From Candidatus Roizmanbacteria bacterium RIFCSPHIGHO2_12_FULL_37_23 (GTDB lineage: Bacteria > Patescibacteriota > Microgenomatia > UBA1406 > HO2-37-13b): a DNA stretch of 64,000 nucleotides. Where the stretch lies: positions 4,620-68,619 of the forward strand of contig MFZX01000029.1 of the NCBI GenBank assembly GCA_001788095.1. The letters are read 5' to 3'. The stretch's first letter is position 1, and every line of letters starts with the position of its first letter. The position numbers and the translations under genes are program-made. Shown piece by piece: positions 37,492 through 49,000 of this stretch. Below the pieces are notes generated by a model, which was not told the DNA's origin, did no database searches, and saw nothing but the letters and a program-made list of their open reading frames with translations.

Positions 37492-39261
37492 ATGCACCCT
37501 ACGAACAAGGAAATCGCACATATTCTTCGATCTGTAGCTACTGCATATGAACTTACTGGCGCTAACCGTTTTCGTATTATTGCTTACCAAAATGCTTCTG
37601 ATACTGTAGAACACCTTACGCAAGAAATTTTTGATATTTGGCAAAGTGGCAATTTGGGTAGAGTTGATGGGATAGGCCCAAACATCTCACAACACCTCGA
37701 TGAGTATTTTAAGAAAACAAAAGGATCATATCTTGAGAAACAAATGACGAAGATTCCTGCAACAGTTTACGAGCTTATGAAAGCACCTGGGATAGGTCCT
37801 AAAAAAGCATTCAAAATCGTAAAAGAGTTGGAAATAATTCATGTAAGCACAGTTTTTAAAGATGTAAAAAAAGCAGCCAAAAAAAATAAAATCGCACAGT
37901 TGGAAGGTTTTGGTGAAAAATCACAAGAAGACATAGTTAAAGCAATTGATATTTATTTGAACCGACAGCAAAAAGAAGAACGAATGCTTCTTCCCATTGC
38001 TTATTCACTTTCCCAAAAAATCATTGAGTACATGAAAAAAAATACATATGTTGGAAAGATCGAAGTTCTTGGATCCTTACGAAGAATGGTTGCAACTATT
38101 GGCGATATTGATTTAGCAGTAGTGGGAAAACCATATCATTCAAAAGATATTATTGAACACTTTATATCCTATCCTGACACTATTTCAGTTGAGGGAAAAG
38201 GAAATACGAAGGCAACTATAATACTTTCCGGGGGAAAACATGCAGACTTACGGGTGATCGATAAAGAACGATTTGGATCGATGCTGCAATATTTCACTGG
38301 TAGCAAAGCTCATAATATAAAAATGAGAGAGTATGCACTAAAGAATGATTATTCACTTTCGGAATATGGAATAAAGGAAAAAAAGAAGAGCAAAAGAGAG
38401 AGAATCCATTCGTTTCAGTCTGAAGAAGCTTTTTACACATTTTTGGGACTTCAATGGATCCCTCCTGAAATAAGAGAAGGGACAGATGAAGTTGAAAGAG
38501 CTCAAAAAGGAACTATTCCACGACTCGTTGAACCAAAAGATATAAAGGGAGATTTTCATATACATTCATCATTTAATATCGAGCCATCTCATGATCGTGG
38601 TTCAGATGATTTTAGAAAGTTAACAAAAAAAGCAGAGGATTTGAAATATTCTTATATAGCTTTTTCTGAACATAACCCTTCACAGAGTAATCATAAGGAG
38701 CAAGATATAATTAATCTTATTAAAAAGAAACAAGAAGCTATTAAACAGTTGAAAACTTCAGTAACTTGTTTTAATTCACTTGAAGTTGATATTTTACCTG
38801 ACGGTTCATTAGCGCTTCCAGATGCTGCATTGAAATATCTAGATTTTATTATCATTTCGATTCATAGTGTTTTTAGAATGAACAAAAATGATATGACAAA
38901 AAGAATTCTAAAAGCGCTTTCTTGCCCAAAAGTCAAAGTACTAGGTCATCCAACCGGCAGACTTCTTTCAAAACGGGAAGAAATAGAAGCTGACTGGACA
39001 ATGATTTTTACTGAATCAAAAAAAAGAAATATTGCGCTTGCAATAGACGCGTGGCCAGATAGATTAGACTTACCTGACAGCATGGTCCGCCTGGCGGTTG
39101 ATAAGGGTAACCTCCTCGCTATTGATTCAGACGCGCATGCTGTGGATCAAATGGAAAATATGCTGTATGGAGTTTCTGTAGCAAGGCGTGGATGGGCGAA
39201 GAAACATGATATAATAAATACGAATTCACTGAAAAATATTCAAAAGTGGTTGAATTTATAA
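37492..39261 (+). CDS. polX: DNA polymerase X family protein with C-terminal PHP domain
   Basis: N-terminal 8-kDa/HhH region (NKEIAHILRSVATAYELTGANRFRIIAYQNA; GIGPKKA). Nucleotidyltransferase motif GSLRR...GDIDL. PHP motif GDFHIHSS...SEHN...DSDAH. Confidence 0.85.
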   Translation: MHPTNKEIAHILRSVATAYELTGANRFRIIAYQNASDTVEHLTQEIFDIWQSGNLGRVDGIGPNISQHLDEYFKKTKGSYLEKQMTKIPATVYELMKAPGIGPKKAFKIVKELEIIHVSTVFKDVKKAAKKNKIAQLEGFGEKSQEDIVKAIDIYLNRQQKEERMLLPIAYSLSQKIIEYMKKNTYVGKIEVLGSLRRMVATIGDIDLAVVGKPYHSKDIIEHFISYPDTISVEGKGNTKATIILSGGKHADLRVIDKERFGSMLQYFTGSKAHNIKMREYALKNDYSLSEYGIKEKKKSKRERIHSFQSEEAFYTFLGLQWIPPEIREGTDEVERAQKGTIPRLVEPKDIKGDFHIHSSFNIEPSHDRGSDDFRKLTKKAEDLKYSYIAFSEHNPSQSNHKEQDIINLIKKKQEAIKQLKTSVTCFNSLEVDILPDGSLALPDAALKYLDFIIISIHSVFRMNKNDMTKRILKALSCPKVKVLGHPTGRLLSKREEIEADWTMIFTESKKRNIALAIDAWPDRLDLPDSMVRLAVDKGNLLAIDSDAHAVDQMENMLYGVSVARRGWAKKHDIINTNSLKNIQKWLNL

Positions 39262-39289
39262 ATATTGACTGAGAAAGGGGTGAAATAAA

Positions 39290-39841
39290 ATGGATATTAA
39301 TCTCATTATTATAGGCGCTGTTGTTATCGTAATAATTTTTATCATCGGTATATATAACTCTCTTCAAACTCTCAGAATGCGTATTAAAGAAGCTCTATCG
39401 GGAATCGATGTGCAGCTTAAACGCCGGATTGACCTTATACCGAACTTGGTGGAAACTGTAAAAGGATACGCTAAACATGAAAAATCTGTTTTTGAAAACG
39501 TGACAAAAGCTCGAGCAAGTCTTATGAAGGCAGGGTCTTTACAAGAAAAGGCAGAGGCAAATAACATGCTTACTGATGCCTTGAAATCTCTTTTTGCAGT
39601 TGCGGAAGCTTATCCTGACCTCAAGGCAAGTACTAATTTTTCAGAACTTCAGAGACAATTAGAAGACACTGAAGATAAAATAGCATTTGCTCGTCAATTT
39701 TATAACAGTAATGTTTTGGAATATAATACAAAAATAAAAGTCTTTCCAAGCAACTTTATAGCAAATATATTCGGATTTACCATGGAAGAATTCTTTGAAG
39801 CTGAACCTGAAGAGAAAAAGAAGGTCGAAGTGAAATTTTAA
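39290..39841 (+). CDS. lemA: LemA family protein
   Basis: N-terminal TM, then [24 protein letters not shown] and [14 protein letters not shown]. Confidence 0.85.
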   Translation: MDINLIIIGAVVIVIIFIIGIYNSLQTLRMRIKEALSGIDVQLKRRIDLIPNLVETVKGYAKHEKSVFENVTKARASLMKAGSLQEKAEANNMLTDALKSLFAVAEAYPDLKASTNFSELQRQLEDTEDKIAFARQFYNSNVLEYNTKIKVFPSNFIANIFGFTMEEFFEAEPEEKKKVEVKF

Positions 39842-39854
39842 GTACTAAATTCGA

Positions 39855-40748
39855 ATGAATATATATAGTCAGATACGTGCTAATAAATTGAAGTCGTACT
39901 TCATTATCTTTCTTTTTATTGGGCTTATAAGCCTGGTGTTTTATGTGATTGGTCAATATTATAGTGACCCGACAACGTATTTTATCATCGGTTTAGTTTT
40001 TGCACTCTTTACAGGAATAACAAGTTATTTTTATTCTGATAAATTAGTTTTGAAAATGTCTAGTGCAAAACCAGCTTCAAAAGAAAAGTATTTTGACTAT
40101 TATACAGTTACAGAAAATTTAGCAATCGGAGCAGGAATACCTATGCCTAAACTATTTGTCATCGACGATCCAACGCCAAACGCATTTGCAACAGGTCGAG
40201 ATCCAAAGCATGCTGTTGTTGCTGCAACAACTGGATTACTAGAAAGACTAGAACGATCTGAAATTGAAGGTGTCATTGCGCATGAATTATCTCATGTAAA
40301 GAATTACGATATTCTTGTTATGACTATTGTTACTGTTCTCGTTGGTACAGTAGCATATGCTGTGGATTTTTTTACCCGTAGTTTATGGTGGGGAGGGTCA
40401 AGAGATCGAAATAATCGATCGGGAGCACTAGGTCTAGTCTTCTTAATTTTCTTTATCATCCTCATGCCACTTATTGCATCGTTGATACAAATGGCGGTTT
40501 CAAGACGACGTGAATTTTTAGCTGACGCGTCTGGGGCTTTATTAACAAGAAATCCAGATGCATTAGCAGACGCTCTTGAAAAAATTTCACACGATCCTCA
40601 CATGATGAAGCATGCTTCCACAGCAACAGCACATCTATATATTTCCAATCCACTAAAGAAAGATTCTAAATCAAGAAACTGGATAACAAGTCTTTTCAGC
40701 ACACATCCACCAATTGAGGAAAGAGTTCGAATTCTTCGATCGATGTAA
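39855..40748 (+). CDS. htpX: M48 family zinc metalloprotease HtpX
   Basis: HELSHVKNYD (HExxH), TM segments, EFLADASGA, STHPPIEERV. Confidence 0.85.
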   Translation: MNIYSQIRANKLKSYFIIFLFIGLISLVFYVIGQYYSDPTTYFIIGLVFALFTGITSYFYSDKLVLKMSSAKPASKEKYFDYYTVTENLAIGAGIPMPKLFVIDDPTPNAFATGRDPKHAVVAATTGLLERLERSEIEGVIAHELSHVKNYDILVMTIVTVLVGTVAYAVDFFTRSLWWGGSRDRNNRSGALGLVFLIFFIILMPLIASLIQMAVSRRREFLADASGALLTRNPDALADALEKISHDPHMMKHASTATAHLYISNPLKKDSKSRNWITSLFSTHPPIEERVRILRSM

Positions 40749-40753
40749 ATTTT

Positions 40754-41413
40754 ATGAATACAAGAGAATCAGTTAAGGAATTTGAGCTGCGAAAAAAAAG
40801 AGCTCGCATTGTAAACAAACAACTTAAAGAACTCTTCCCAAAAGCAGACACTGTTCTCAATTGGTCCAATCCTTGGGAACTTACAGTAGCGGTCATTTTA
40901 TCAGCGCAGTGTACTGATAAGAAGGTGAACGAGGTTACGAGTAAACTTTTTAAAAAGTATTCAACACTTCATGATTATATAACAGCTGATGAGGAAATAT
41001 TTCAACAGGATATTCGATCAACAGGATTTTATAAAGCAAAAACTACATATATTTTGACAGCAGCGAAACGGATTGAAAAAATTTTCCAGGGAAAAGTTCC
41101 ACAAACGATGGATGAGTTGAGAACGCTTCCTGGAGTTGCACGAAAAACTGCTAACATTATTCTTGATAGAGCATTTGGAAAGGTTGTTGGTATTGCAGTT
41201 GACACTCATGTAAAGCGTTTATCTAATAAGTACAAATTAACAGATACGAGTGATCCAAATAGAATTGAGCAAGATCTTATGAAGGTTATACCAAAAAAAG
41301 ATTGGATGAATTTTACGTACCGAATGATTATGTATGGAAGAAAATACTCTCCTGCCCGAAAAAAAAATGATGTCGATGATCCAGTGAGCAAGATATTAGG
41401 TACACTGAGATAG
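40754..41413 (+). CDS. nth: Endonuclease III-like HhH-GPD DNA glycosylase (no Fe-S cysteine cluster)
   Basis: LSAQCTD, LPGVARKTANIIL (catalytic Lys), VDTHVKRL (Asp). The C-terminus has no Cx6Cx2Cx5C motif. Confidence 0.75.
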   Translation: MNTRESVKEFELRKKRARIVNKQLKELFPKADTVLNWSNPWELTVAVILSAQCTDKKVNEVTSKLFKKYSTLHDYITADEEIFQQDIRSTGFYKAKTTYILTAAKRIEKIFQGKVPQTMDELRTLPGVARKTANIILDRAFGKVVGIAVDTHVKRLSNKYKLTDTSDPNRIEQDLMKVIPKKDWMNFTYRMIMYGRKYSPARKKNDVDDPVSKILGTLR

Positions 41414-41493
41414 TGTGACCGATATAATCATAGTTGTAATACTGATATCAATATACTATAGTTTCTGCAATTGGACATTTTCACAAAAATCGA

Positions 41494-42939
41494 GTGCCAA
41501 ATAACACACTCATAAGAAACACGGAAAGACTTATTCAGAGTAAAAAGATCCAATATTTAAGCTTGCGTATATGTGATCTTCCCGGCAGGTGGCTTCATTT
41601 TTCAGTTCCTACGGAAAGATTTTTTACTAACGGGAAACTTCAGAAAAAGCTTCTTACCGATGGCCTTGCGTTTGACGGATCCTCTTTTGAAGGATTCAAA
41701 TCTATTGAGCAAAGTGATACCTTAGCAATTCCTGATCTTGCATCAGCTACTGTTGATCCTGTTTCCCCTGTTCCTACATTAAGTTTCGCATGTACCCTAC
41801 GAGAGCCTGAAACAATGGAGACATATTGGAGAGATCCCCGAGCTGTTGCCCAAAGAGCGGAAGAGCATCTTAAAAAAACAGGTATTGCTGATGCTGCATA
41901 TTTTGGTCCTGAAATAGAATTTTTCATATTCGATTCTGTTGCGTGGAAAATTAGAGAAGGTTACAGTTTGATGAATGTTGTTTCAAGAGAAGGTGGCGTT
42001 GGTGAATATGAAGATGTAGGCGACACATTTAAAGTACGTACACAGGAAGGATATTTTGTCATGCCGCCGTATGATTATTATTTCACCATGCGTGAAGAGA
42101 TGGTAAGACAACTAAAAAGTGCAGGAATCGAAATAGAAAGAGATACTCATGAGAGAGCAACGGCAGGATCTGCAGAGATCGATATTCGATATGAGACATT
42201 ATTGAGCATAGCAGACAAAATGCTTCTCTTTAAGTATATTGTGAAAAACGTGGCCCACAAATATGGAAAGCTTGTAACGTTTATGCCAAAACCTCTTTTT
42301 GGCCATAACGGAAGCGGAATGCACACACATCATTCCTTGTGGAAGAGTAATAAGCCCGTGTTTTATGATGAAAAAGGGAAGTATCATCGATTATCAAAAA
42401 TCGCTATGTATTATATCGGTGGGCTTCTCAAACACGCACGTGCATTAGCGGCAATCACCACACCAACTGTCAATTCATATAAAAGGCTTGTGCCAGGATT
42501 TGAGGCACCAACAACTATTGCTTTTGGTTATCGTAACCGAAGTACCTGCGTACGTATTCCAGCGTATCCGACAACTCCGGCATCTAGGAGAATTGAGTTT
42601 AGAATTCCCGATCCTTCAGCGAATCCATATTTATGTTTTTCTGCAATGATGATGGCAGGTCTTGATGGAGTTAAAAACAAAATCGACCCAGTTAAGGAAG
42701 GATATGGTCCATTGGAGATAAGCGGGTATTCTGCAGAAGGTGCAAGAAGGGCGTCATTTACACCAAGTTCACTTGAAGAGGCCCTGAATGCACTTGAGAA
42801 TGATCAGGCGTTCTTGCTTGAGGGGAATGTGTTTACCAAGGAATTCGTAAGATTATGGATTGATTATAAACGAGAAGAAATTGCAAAAGTTAACAAACAT
42901 CCAACAGCTCCAGAACTCGATCAGTACTTCGACTGCTAG
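41494..42939 (+). CDS. glnA: Glutamine synthetase, type I
   Basis: GPEIEFF, NGSGMHTHHSLW, SYKRLVPGFEAP, NRSTCVRIP. GTG start. Confidence 0.9.
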   Translation: MPNNTLIRNTERLIQSKKIQYLSLRICDLPGRWLHFSVPTERFFTNGKLQKKLLTDGLAFDGSSFEGFKSIEQSDTLAIPDLASATVDPVSPVPTLSFACTLREPETMETYWRDPRAVAQRAEEHLKKTGIADAAYFGPEIEFFIFDSVAWKIREGYSLMNVVSREGGVGEYEDVGDTFKVRTQEGYFVMPPYDYYFTMREEMVRQLKSAGIEIERDTHERATAGSAEIDIRYETLLSIADKMLLFKYIVKNVAHKYGKLVTFMPKPLFGHNGSGMHTHHSLWKSNKPVFYDEKGKYHRLSKIAMYYIGGLLKHARALAAITTPTVNSYKRLVPGFEAPTTIAFGYRNRSTCVRIPAYPTTPASRRIEFRIPDPSANPYLCFSAMMMAGLDGVKNKIDPVKEGYGPLEISGYSAEGARRASFTPSSLEEALNALENDQAFLLEGNVFTKEFVRLWIDYKREEIAKVNKHPTAPELDQYFDC

Positions 42940-42964
42940 TATAAGGTTGTGTTAGAATAGATAC

Positions 42965-43270
42965 ATGGCTGATTCCGTAAAAAAACTAACCAAAGAAGAT
43001 ATTAAGCATATCGCTCAACTAGCAAACCTAGATATTGACAATGACGAATTGGAGGCTTATTCCAAACAATTGACTGATAGTTTGCACTATGTAGAAAATC
43101 TCGAGGACATTGATACATCTGGCGTCCCAGATACGTTTTTTACCACTCACGCTAAAAATAGTATGCAGGAAGATGTAATTGATGAAAGTGTCACGCTCCC
43201 TCAAGAGGAAGTTCTCCAAAATGCTCCAAAAAAAAGAAACGGTTATTTTGTAGTGAAACGAATTTTATAA
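42965..43270 (+). CDS. gatC: Asp/Glu-tRNA(Asn/Gln) amidotransferase subunit C
   Basis: 101 aa, VKHIAQLANLDI motif. Immediately upstream of gatA-gatB. Confidence 0.8.
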   Translation: MADSVKKLTKEDIKHIAQLANLDIDNDELEAYSKQLTDSLHYVENLEDIDTSGVPDTFFTTHAKNSMQEDVIDESVTLPQEEVLQNAPKKRNGYFVVKRIL

Positions 43271-43271
43271 T

Positions 43272-44651
43272 ATGGATTTTCGAGGCATTTCGTTGACCGA
43301 GCTTCTTGTTCAAAAGAATAACCCTCAGGACGTAATCAACTATTTCTATAATCGAACCAAAAGACACAATGATGCGATTAATGCTTATTTGTATGTAGAT
43401 GAGTCAGAACCTATTGCTAAAAAGAATCGTGTTTCATCCCTTCTGAATGCGATTCCCTTAGCGTTAAAAGACAATATTCTCACAAAGCATCAACCAACAA
43501 CAGCTGCTTCTCAGATACTTAGTAATTTTATGTCACCTTATGCCGCCACAATAACACATAAACTTACCCAAGCAGGTGCAACAATTTTAGGTAAAACCAA
43601 CATGGACGCATGGGCGCATGGATCATCAACAGAAACATCGGATTTTGGAATAACGACGAATCCTTATAATGTTGCATTTGTTGCAGGGGGATCGTCAGGT
43701 GGATCTGCTGCCGCAGTAGCAGCAGGATTGGTTCCTGCAGCTATAGGAACGGAAACTGCAGGCTCTATCCGAGGACCAGCTTCATGGAGCGGTGTTGTGG
43801 GATTAAAGCCTACCTATGGACGGGTATCCCGTTATGGAATTATCGCAATGGGATCTTCTTGGGATTGTCCTGGACCAATAACTCAAACTGTTGAAGATGC
43901 AGCTTTACTTCTTGAAATTTTAGCAGGTGTTGATCGATACGATGCTACTTCGATTAATGCCCCTGTTGAACGATATAAAAAACAGCTTGAGGAAAATAAA
44001 AAGTTTACCATTGGTGTTGCAGATGAGTATTTCGATGGAGTTGATAAGGATGTTATGAAATCTGTTGATTCCTCACTTTCACGACTTACGAAACTTGGTC
44101 ATCGAATAAAAAAAATTCATCTTATGCATCCAAAATACGCTATTTCTGTATATATGCTTCTCCAACGGTCTGAAGTATCTTCCAACCTCGGTAGATATGA
44201 TGGGATCAGATATGGGAAAAATCGTTCTTACTTTGGTCAGGAAGCTCAACGACGTATTATGTTAGGTTCGTATGCTTTATCTACGGGATATTATGATAAA
44301 TATTACAAAAAAGCACAGAAAGTTCGTTATATTATTCGAGAGGATTTCGAGAAAGTTTTTCAAGATGTTGATATTATATTTGCTCCAACAATGCCTATTA
44401 CAGCGACCCGAATTGGAGACATATCATCGTTTTCGTTTTACGGAGAACAGATGGATGTATTAGCAGAGCCAGCTGCAGCTGCAGGTATTCCAGCAATTAC
44501 TATTCCAGCTGGTATTGATCACAAAGGTCTTCCTATAGGAGTACAATTTATGGGACCGTATTTAGGTGAAAGTCTTATTTTACAGGCTGCGTATCAACTC
44601 GAGAAGGAAATTCAATTTGACCGTTTATCAGTCATGAAAAAGTATGAATAA
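43272..44651 (+). CDS. gatA: Asp/Glu-tRNA(Asn/Gln) amidotransferase subunit A
   Basis: Amidase signature [14 protein letters not shown]...[13 protein letters not shown]. Confidence 0.9.
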   Translation: MDFRGISLTELLVQKNNPQDVINYFYNRTKRHNDAINAYLYVDESEPIAKKNRVSSLLNAIPLALKDNILTKHQPTTAASQILSNFMSPYAATITHKLTQAGATILGKTNMDAWAHGSSTETSDFGITTNPYNVAFVAGGSSGGSAAAVAAGLVPAAIGTETAGSIRGPASWSGVVGLKPTYGRVSRYGIIAMGSSWDCPGPITQTVEDAALLLEILAGVDRYDATSINAPVERYKKQLEENKKFTIGVADEYFDGVDKDVMKSVDSSLSRLTKLGHRIKKIHLMHPKYAISVYMLLQRSEVSSNLGRYDGIRYGKNRSYFGQEAQRRIMLGSYALSTGYYDKYYKKAQKVRYIIREDFEKVFQDVDIIFAPTMPITATRIGDISSFSFYGEQMDVLAEPAAAAGIPAITIPAGIDHKGLPIGVQFMGPYLGESLILQAAYQLEKEIQFDRLSVMKKYE

Positions 44652-46005
44652 TCAAAAGGAATTTATACCGGTAATAGGTTTGGAAATTCATGTTCAGCTG
44701 GCAACAAAAACAAAACTTTTTGATAGGGGCTCAGCTGATTGGTTCGGAAAAAAACCCAATACTGTTGTTGGTCCTCTTGCATTAGGTTTACCAGGAACGC
44801 TTCCTGTACCAAACAAAAAAGCAATCCAATGGGCGATGCTCCTTGGAAAATCGCTTAATTGCAAAATAAATAAGATTTCGAAATTTGACAGAAAGCACTA
44901 TTTTTATCCAGATTTACCAAAAGCCTACCAAATTAGCCAATATGATCAACCTTTTTCCTATGACGGCTATTTTGAATTCATTTCCCCCGTAACTGGTACT
45001 AAAAAGAACATTACTATTACGCGAGTACACCTTGAAGAAGATACTGGTAAACTTATTCACCAAGGGAATGAAACACTCATAGATTTTAACCGTTCAGGAG
45101 TTCCTCTTGCTGAGATTGTGACAGAACCTGATTTTGACAACTCAGATGATGTAAAAAGATTTCTTGAGGAACTGCAGGTACATGTTCGTTATTTGGGAAT
45201 TTCAGACGCGGATATGGAAAAAGGGTCAATGAGACTCGAACCGAATATTTCAGTCAGGCATAGGAAGTCAGAGCAGAAACTACCTAACTATAAGGTGGAA
45301 ATAAAGAACATTAATTCATTTCGATACGCTAAGCAGGCGATTGAGTTTGAAATTAAACGGCAGGAGCACTTGATTCGATCGGGTGAAACTCCCGTTCAGG
45401 AAACACGAGGGTATGATGAATTCAAAGGTGTTACATTTTCACAGCGTCGTAAAGAGGGAGCCGAAGACTATAGATATTTTCCAGAACCTGATATTCCACC
45501 TTTTATTTTCGATGACGACTTTCTCAAGGTTATTGATGATATGATGCCGGAGTTACCACATGAACGGCTTGCAAGGTTTATAGCTCAGGGAATAAAACCG
45601 GGGGATGCATATGTTTTAACACGATCAAAGTCGATTTCGGATACCTATGAACTTATTATAAAGGAAATAAAATCTAGTGTTGAGAAACTTACACATAAAA
45701 GTAAAACACTTGAAGGAGAAATTGCTAAACTCATTGTTAATAAAAAAGTATCTATAGAGAAGGATACGAGAAGTGTCATTAAGGAAATTATTCAACAACT
45801 TACGCCGCAAGAAACGAATGAAGAAGAATTAATACAGGTCATCGAATCAGTTATAGAAACAAACCAAAAACCAGTGCAAGATTTTAAGAATGGAAAGGAA
45901 AATTCTATAACATTTCTCATTGGACAAGTAATGAAAACAATGAAAGGGAAAGCCGATCCAGTTGGAGTAAGAAAATCATTAGAAAAAAAACTCACCGATA
46001 CCTAA
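44644..46005 (+). CDS. gatB: Asp/Glu-tRNA(Asn/Gln) amidotransferase subunit B
   Basis: VIGLEIHVQL, HYFYPDLPKAYQISQ, RVHLEEDTGK, NRSGVPLAEIVTEPD. Confidence 0.9.
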   Translation: MNNQKEFIPVIGLEIHVQLATKTKLFDRGSADWFGKKPNTVVGPLALGLPGTLPVPNKKAIQWAMLLGKSLNCKINKISKFDRKHYFYPDLPKAYQISQYDQPFSYDGYFEFISPVTGTKKNITITRVHLEEDTGKLIHQGNETLIDFNRSGVPLAEIVTEPDFDNSDDVKRFLEELQVHVRYLGISDADMEKGSMRLEPNISVRHRKSEQKLPNYKVEIKNINSFRYAKQAIEFEIKRQEHLIRSGETPVQETRGYDEFKGVTFSQRRKEGAEDYRYFPEPDIPPFIFDDDFLKVIDDMMPELPHERLARFIAQGIKPGDAYVLTRSKSISDTYELIIKEIKSSVEKLTHKSKTLEGEIAKLIVNKKVSIEKDTRSVIKEIIQQLTPQETNEEELIQVIESVIETNQKPVQDFKNGKENSITFLIGQVMKTMKGKADPVGVRKSLEKKLTDT

Positions 46006-46015
46006 TACCTAATAC
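45995..46015 (-). repeat. Heptamer tandem repeat (GTATTAG-type, reverse orientation), 2 exact + 1 degenerate unit
   Basis: The plus strand reads CCGATAC CTAATAC CTAATAC. The gatB stop codon TAA lies inside the first exact unit. Confidence 0.7.
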
Positions 46016-46046
46016 ACAATCCCCCGCGCTACGTTATAATATCAGC

Positions 46047-49000
46047 ATGAGCTTTGTTCATCTACATGTTCATAGTGAATATTCCCTTTTGGATGGACTT
46101 ACCAAAATAGAGGATCTTCTTGAAAAGGTTAAGAATGAAGGCATGAATTCGGTTGCTCTAACAGATCATGGAGCAATGTATGGTGCCTTCAGATTTTATA
46201 TTGAGGCAAAAAAGAGGGGTATAAAGCCGATTATCGGATTAGAAGCATATAAAGCTGAAGCTTCCAGGTTTGATAAAAATAAAAAGCTAGGTAATGACCA
46301 GTTTCACCTTACACTTTTAGCCAAAAATCTAGAAGGGTATAAAAACCTCATGAGACTTACCACACTCGCACATTTAGAAGGATATTATTATAAACCACGC
46401 ATTGATTTTGAGCTACTGGAAGAACATCATGAAGGCATTATTGCTTTGTCAGGATGTTTAAATGCTGAAATCCCAAGCGCACTCAGAGATGGTCAAAAAG
46501 ACAAGGCTGAGAAACTCTTAAAAAGATATGTAGATATATTTGGAGAAGATTTTTATATTGAAATCCAACGTATACCAGGAATCGACGAGTTGGATGATAT
46601 AAACAATCAACTGATACATCTATCCAGAAAATATTCTATTCCAATAGTGGCTACCAATGATGTTCACTATCTCGATAAAGACGATGCCTATGCTCAGGAG
46701 GTTCTTCTCTGTATTCAAACATCACATACCATTTATGAAGATAGACCCTTGACTATGATTAACACTCCAGAATTTTATTTTAAAACAGAAAAAGAAATGC
46801 AGGGGTTGTTTCTTGATTTACCCGAGGCAATTGAGAATTCACAAAAGATTGCAGATATGTGTGATGTGGATGTTCCACATGGTAAATGGATATTGCCTAT
46901 TTATCCATTACCAGAAGAGGAAAGTCCTGAAGAACATCTGAGGGAGATGGTCAAAGAAAGAACTGAAAAGCGTTTGCAGATAACAGAAGAAGCAAAGATA
47001 AGGCTAGAATACGAGTTAAATATCATCTGTACAAAAGGTTATGCAACATATTTTCTCATTGTTCAAGATTTTGTAAACTGGGCTAAAAAAAATGGGATTG
47101 CAGTTGGCCCAGGTAGAGGTTCAGTTGCAGGATCACTAGTTGCGTATGTGCTGGCAATTTCTGATATTAATCCACTTGATTACAATGTTCCTTTTGAGCG
47201 ATTTCTAAATCCAGACAGGCCAACTCCTCCTGATATTGATATAGATTTTGCAGATAAACGTCGCGATGAAGTATTAGCATATGTAACAAACAAATATGGG
47301 GGAGATAAAGTCGCACAAATAATTACATTTGGAAGAATGGAAGCTCGTTTAGCTGTTCGAGATGTTGCGCGAGCACTTGGTCTTCCATATAGTCAAGGTG
47401 ACAGAATTGCCAAGATGATGCCTCAAGGAAAACAAGGATTTGCCATCACTATCGATAAAGCACTTGAGGAAAGTTCTACTCTTAAGCTTGCATATGCTCA
47501 GGAAGAAGATGTAAAAAAAGTGCTTGATATTGCTCGGAAACTTGAAGGAGTAGCTCGTCATTCTTCTGTGCACGCGGCAGGCGTAATAATAGCAGATAAG
47601 GCTCTTCTAGAATATGTACCTTTGCAAAGAGAAGCAAAAGCCGGAAAGATAATAACGCAATACGATATGTATTGTCTTGACCTTAATGCGGTTTCTAACA
47701 ATGAAGCGGTTGGTTTAATGAAGATAGATATTTTAGGTCTCCGAAATTTAACTATCATTGAGGATGCGTTAGCATTTGTAGAAAAAAAGTTACATAAACA
47801 CATTGATATTCATAATATCTCTCTTGATGATGAAAAGACATATAAACTTATTTCAGATGGAAGAACAATAGGAGTATTCCAGCTTGAATCGCGTGGAATG
47901 CGCAGACTAGCAAAAGATCTAAAGCCGTCAAAACTCTCTGATATAACAGCAATGGTTGCTTTGTACAGACCTGGACCAATGGATCTTATACCAAGCTTTC
48001 TCAAGGGAAAGAAAAGTGAAAGAAGTATTCGGTACTTGCATAAAGATTTAGTTTCAGTTTTACAAGAAACATATGGTGTTCTTGTTTATCAAGAACAAGT
48101 TATGGAAATCGCACACAAAATTGCAGGATATTCAATGAGTGAGGCAGATGCATTACGAATGGCCATGGGAAAGAAGAAGAAAGCGCTCATGAGAAAAGAA
48201 CGAATGAAGTTTATTGAGAGAGCTGTATCTCAAGGTTATACAAAAAAATTGGCTGAACAGATTTTTAACTTTATAGAAAAATTTGCGGCTTACGGATTCA
48301 ACAAACCTCACTCAGCATCCTATGCTCTTATTGCATATTGGACTGCATTTATGAAAGCAAACTATCCGGTCGAATATATGACTGCACTATTGACTGCTGA
48401 ATTGCAAGGCGCCGCAGGAGCACAAAGAGAAGCCAAAATGTTTCAAGCCATTGAAGAGTGCAGGTCGATGGAGATCAATGTACTACCTCCAGATATCAAT
48501 AAATCCGAATATGATTTCTCAATCGAGAAGGAATCTATCCGCTTTGGTCTTTCTGCAATTAAGAACGTTGGAAAATCTGCAATAGAATCAATGCTTGAGG
48601 CCCGATCACAAAATATATTCATTGGTCTTAGAGATTTTCTATCTCGTGTTGATGTTAGACGAGTGAACAAAAAAACAGTTGAGAGTCTCATTAAGTCAGG
48701 TGCATTTGATTCTTTTGGAACAAGAGCGTCTTTGCTTACCTACTACCCGAAAGCTTTAAACGAAGCATCGTCTCAAAAAAAACAAGTCGAATCAGGTCAA
48801 TATGATCTTTTTGGCGCAAAACGTGATCAACGATTATCAGATTCTGATTTGGAAAATATCCAGGAATTTTCTGAAGACGAATTGTTACTTATGGAAAAAG
48901 AAGTTATTGGCTTTACCATTAGTACCAATCCATTGAGCCAATATCATGATATCATTGCAAGAAAAGTAACTAAAAAAATTGGAGAAATAAGCGAAGATGA

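Noticed and set aside
37068-37508. 146-aa minus-strand ORF taken at face value as an intact gene.
   Set aside because: Its N-terminal half is the antisense translation of tRNA-Asp and AT-rich spacer. Only the C-terminal ~66 aa resemble a macro domain, so it is called a remnant instead.
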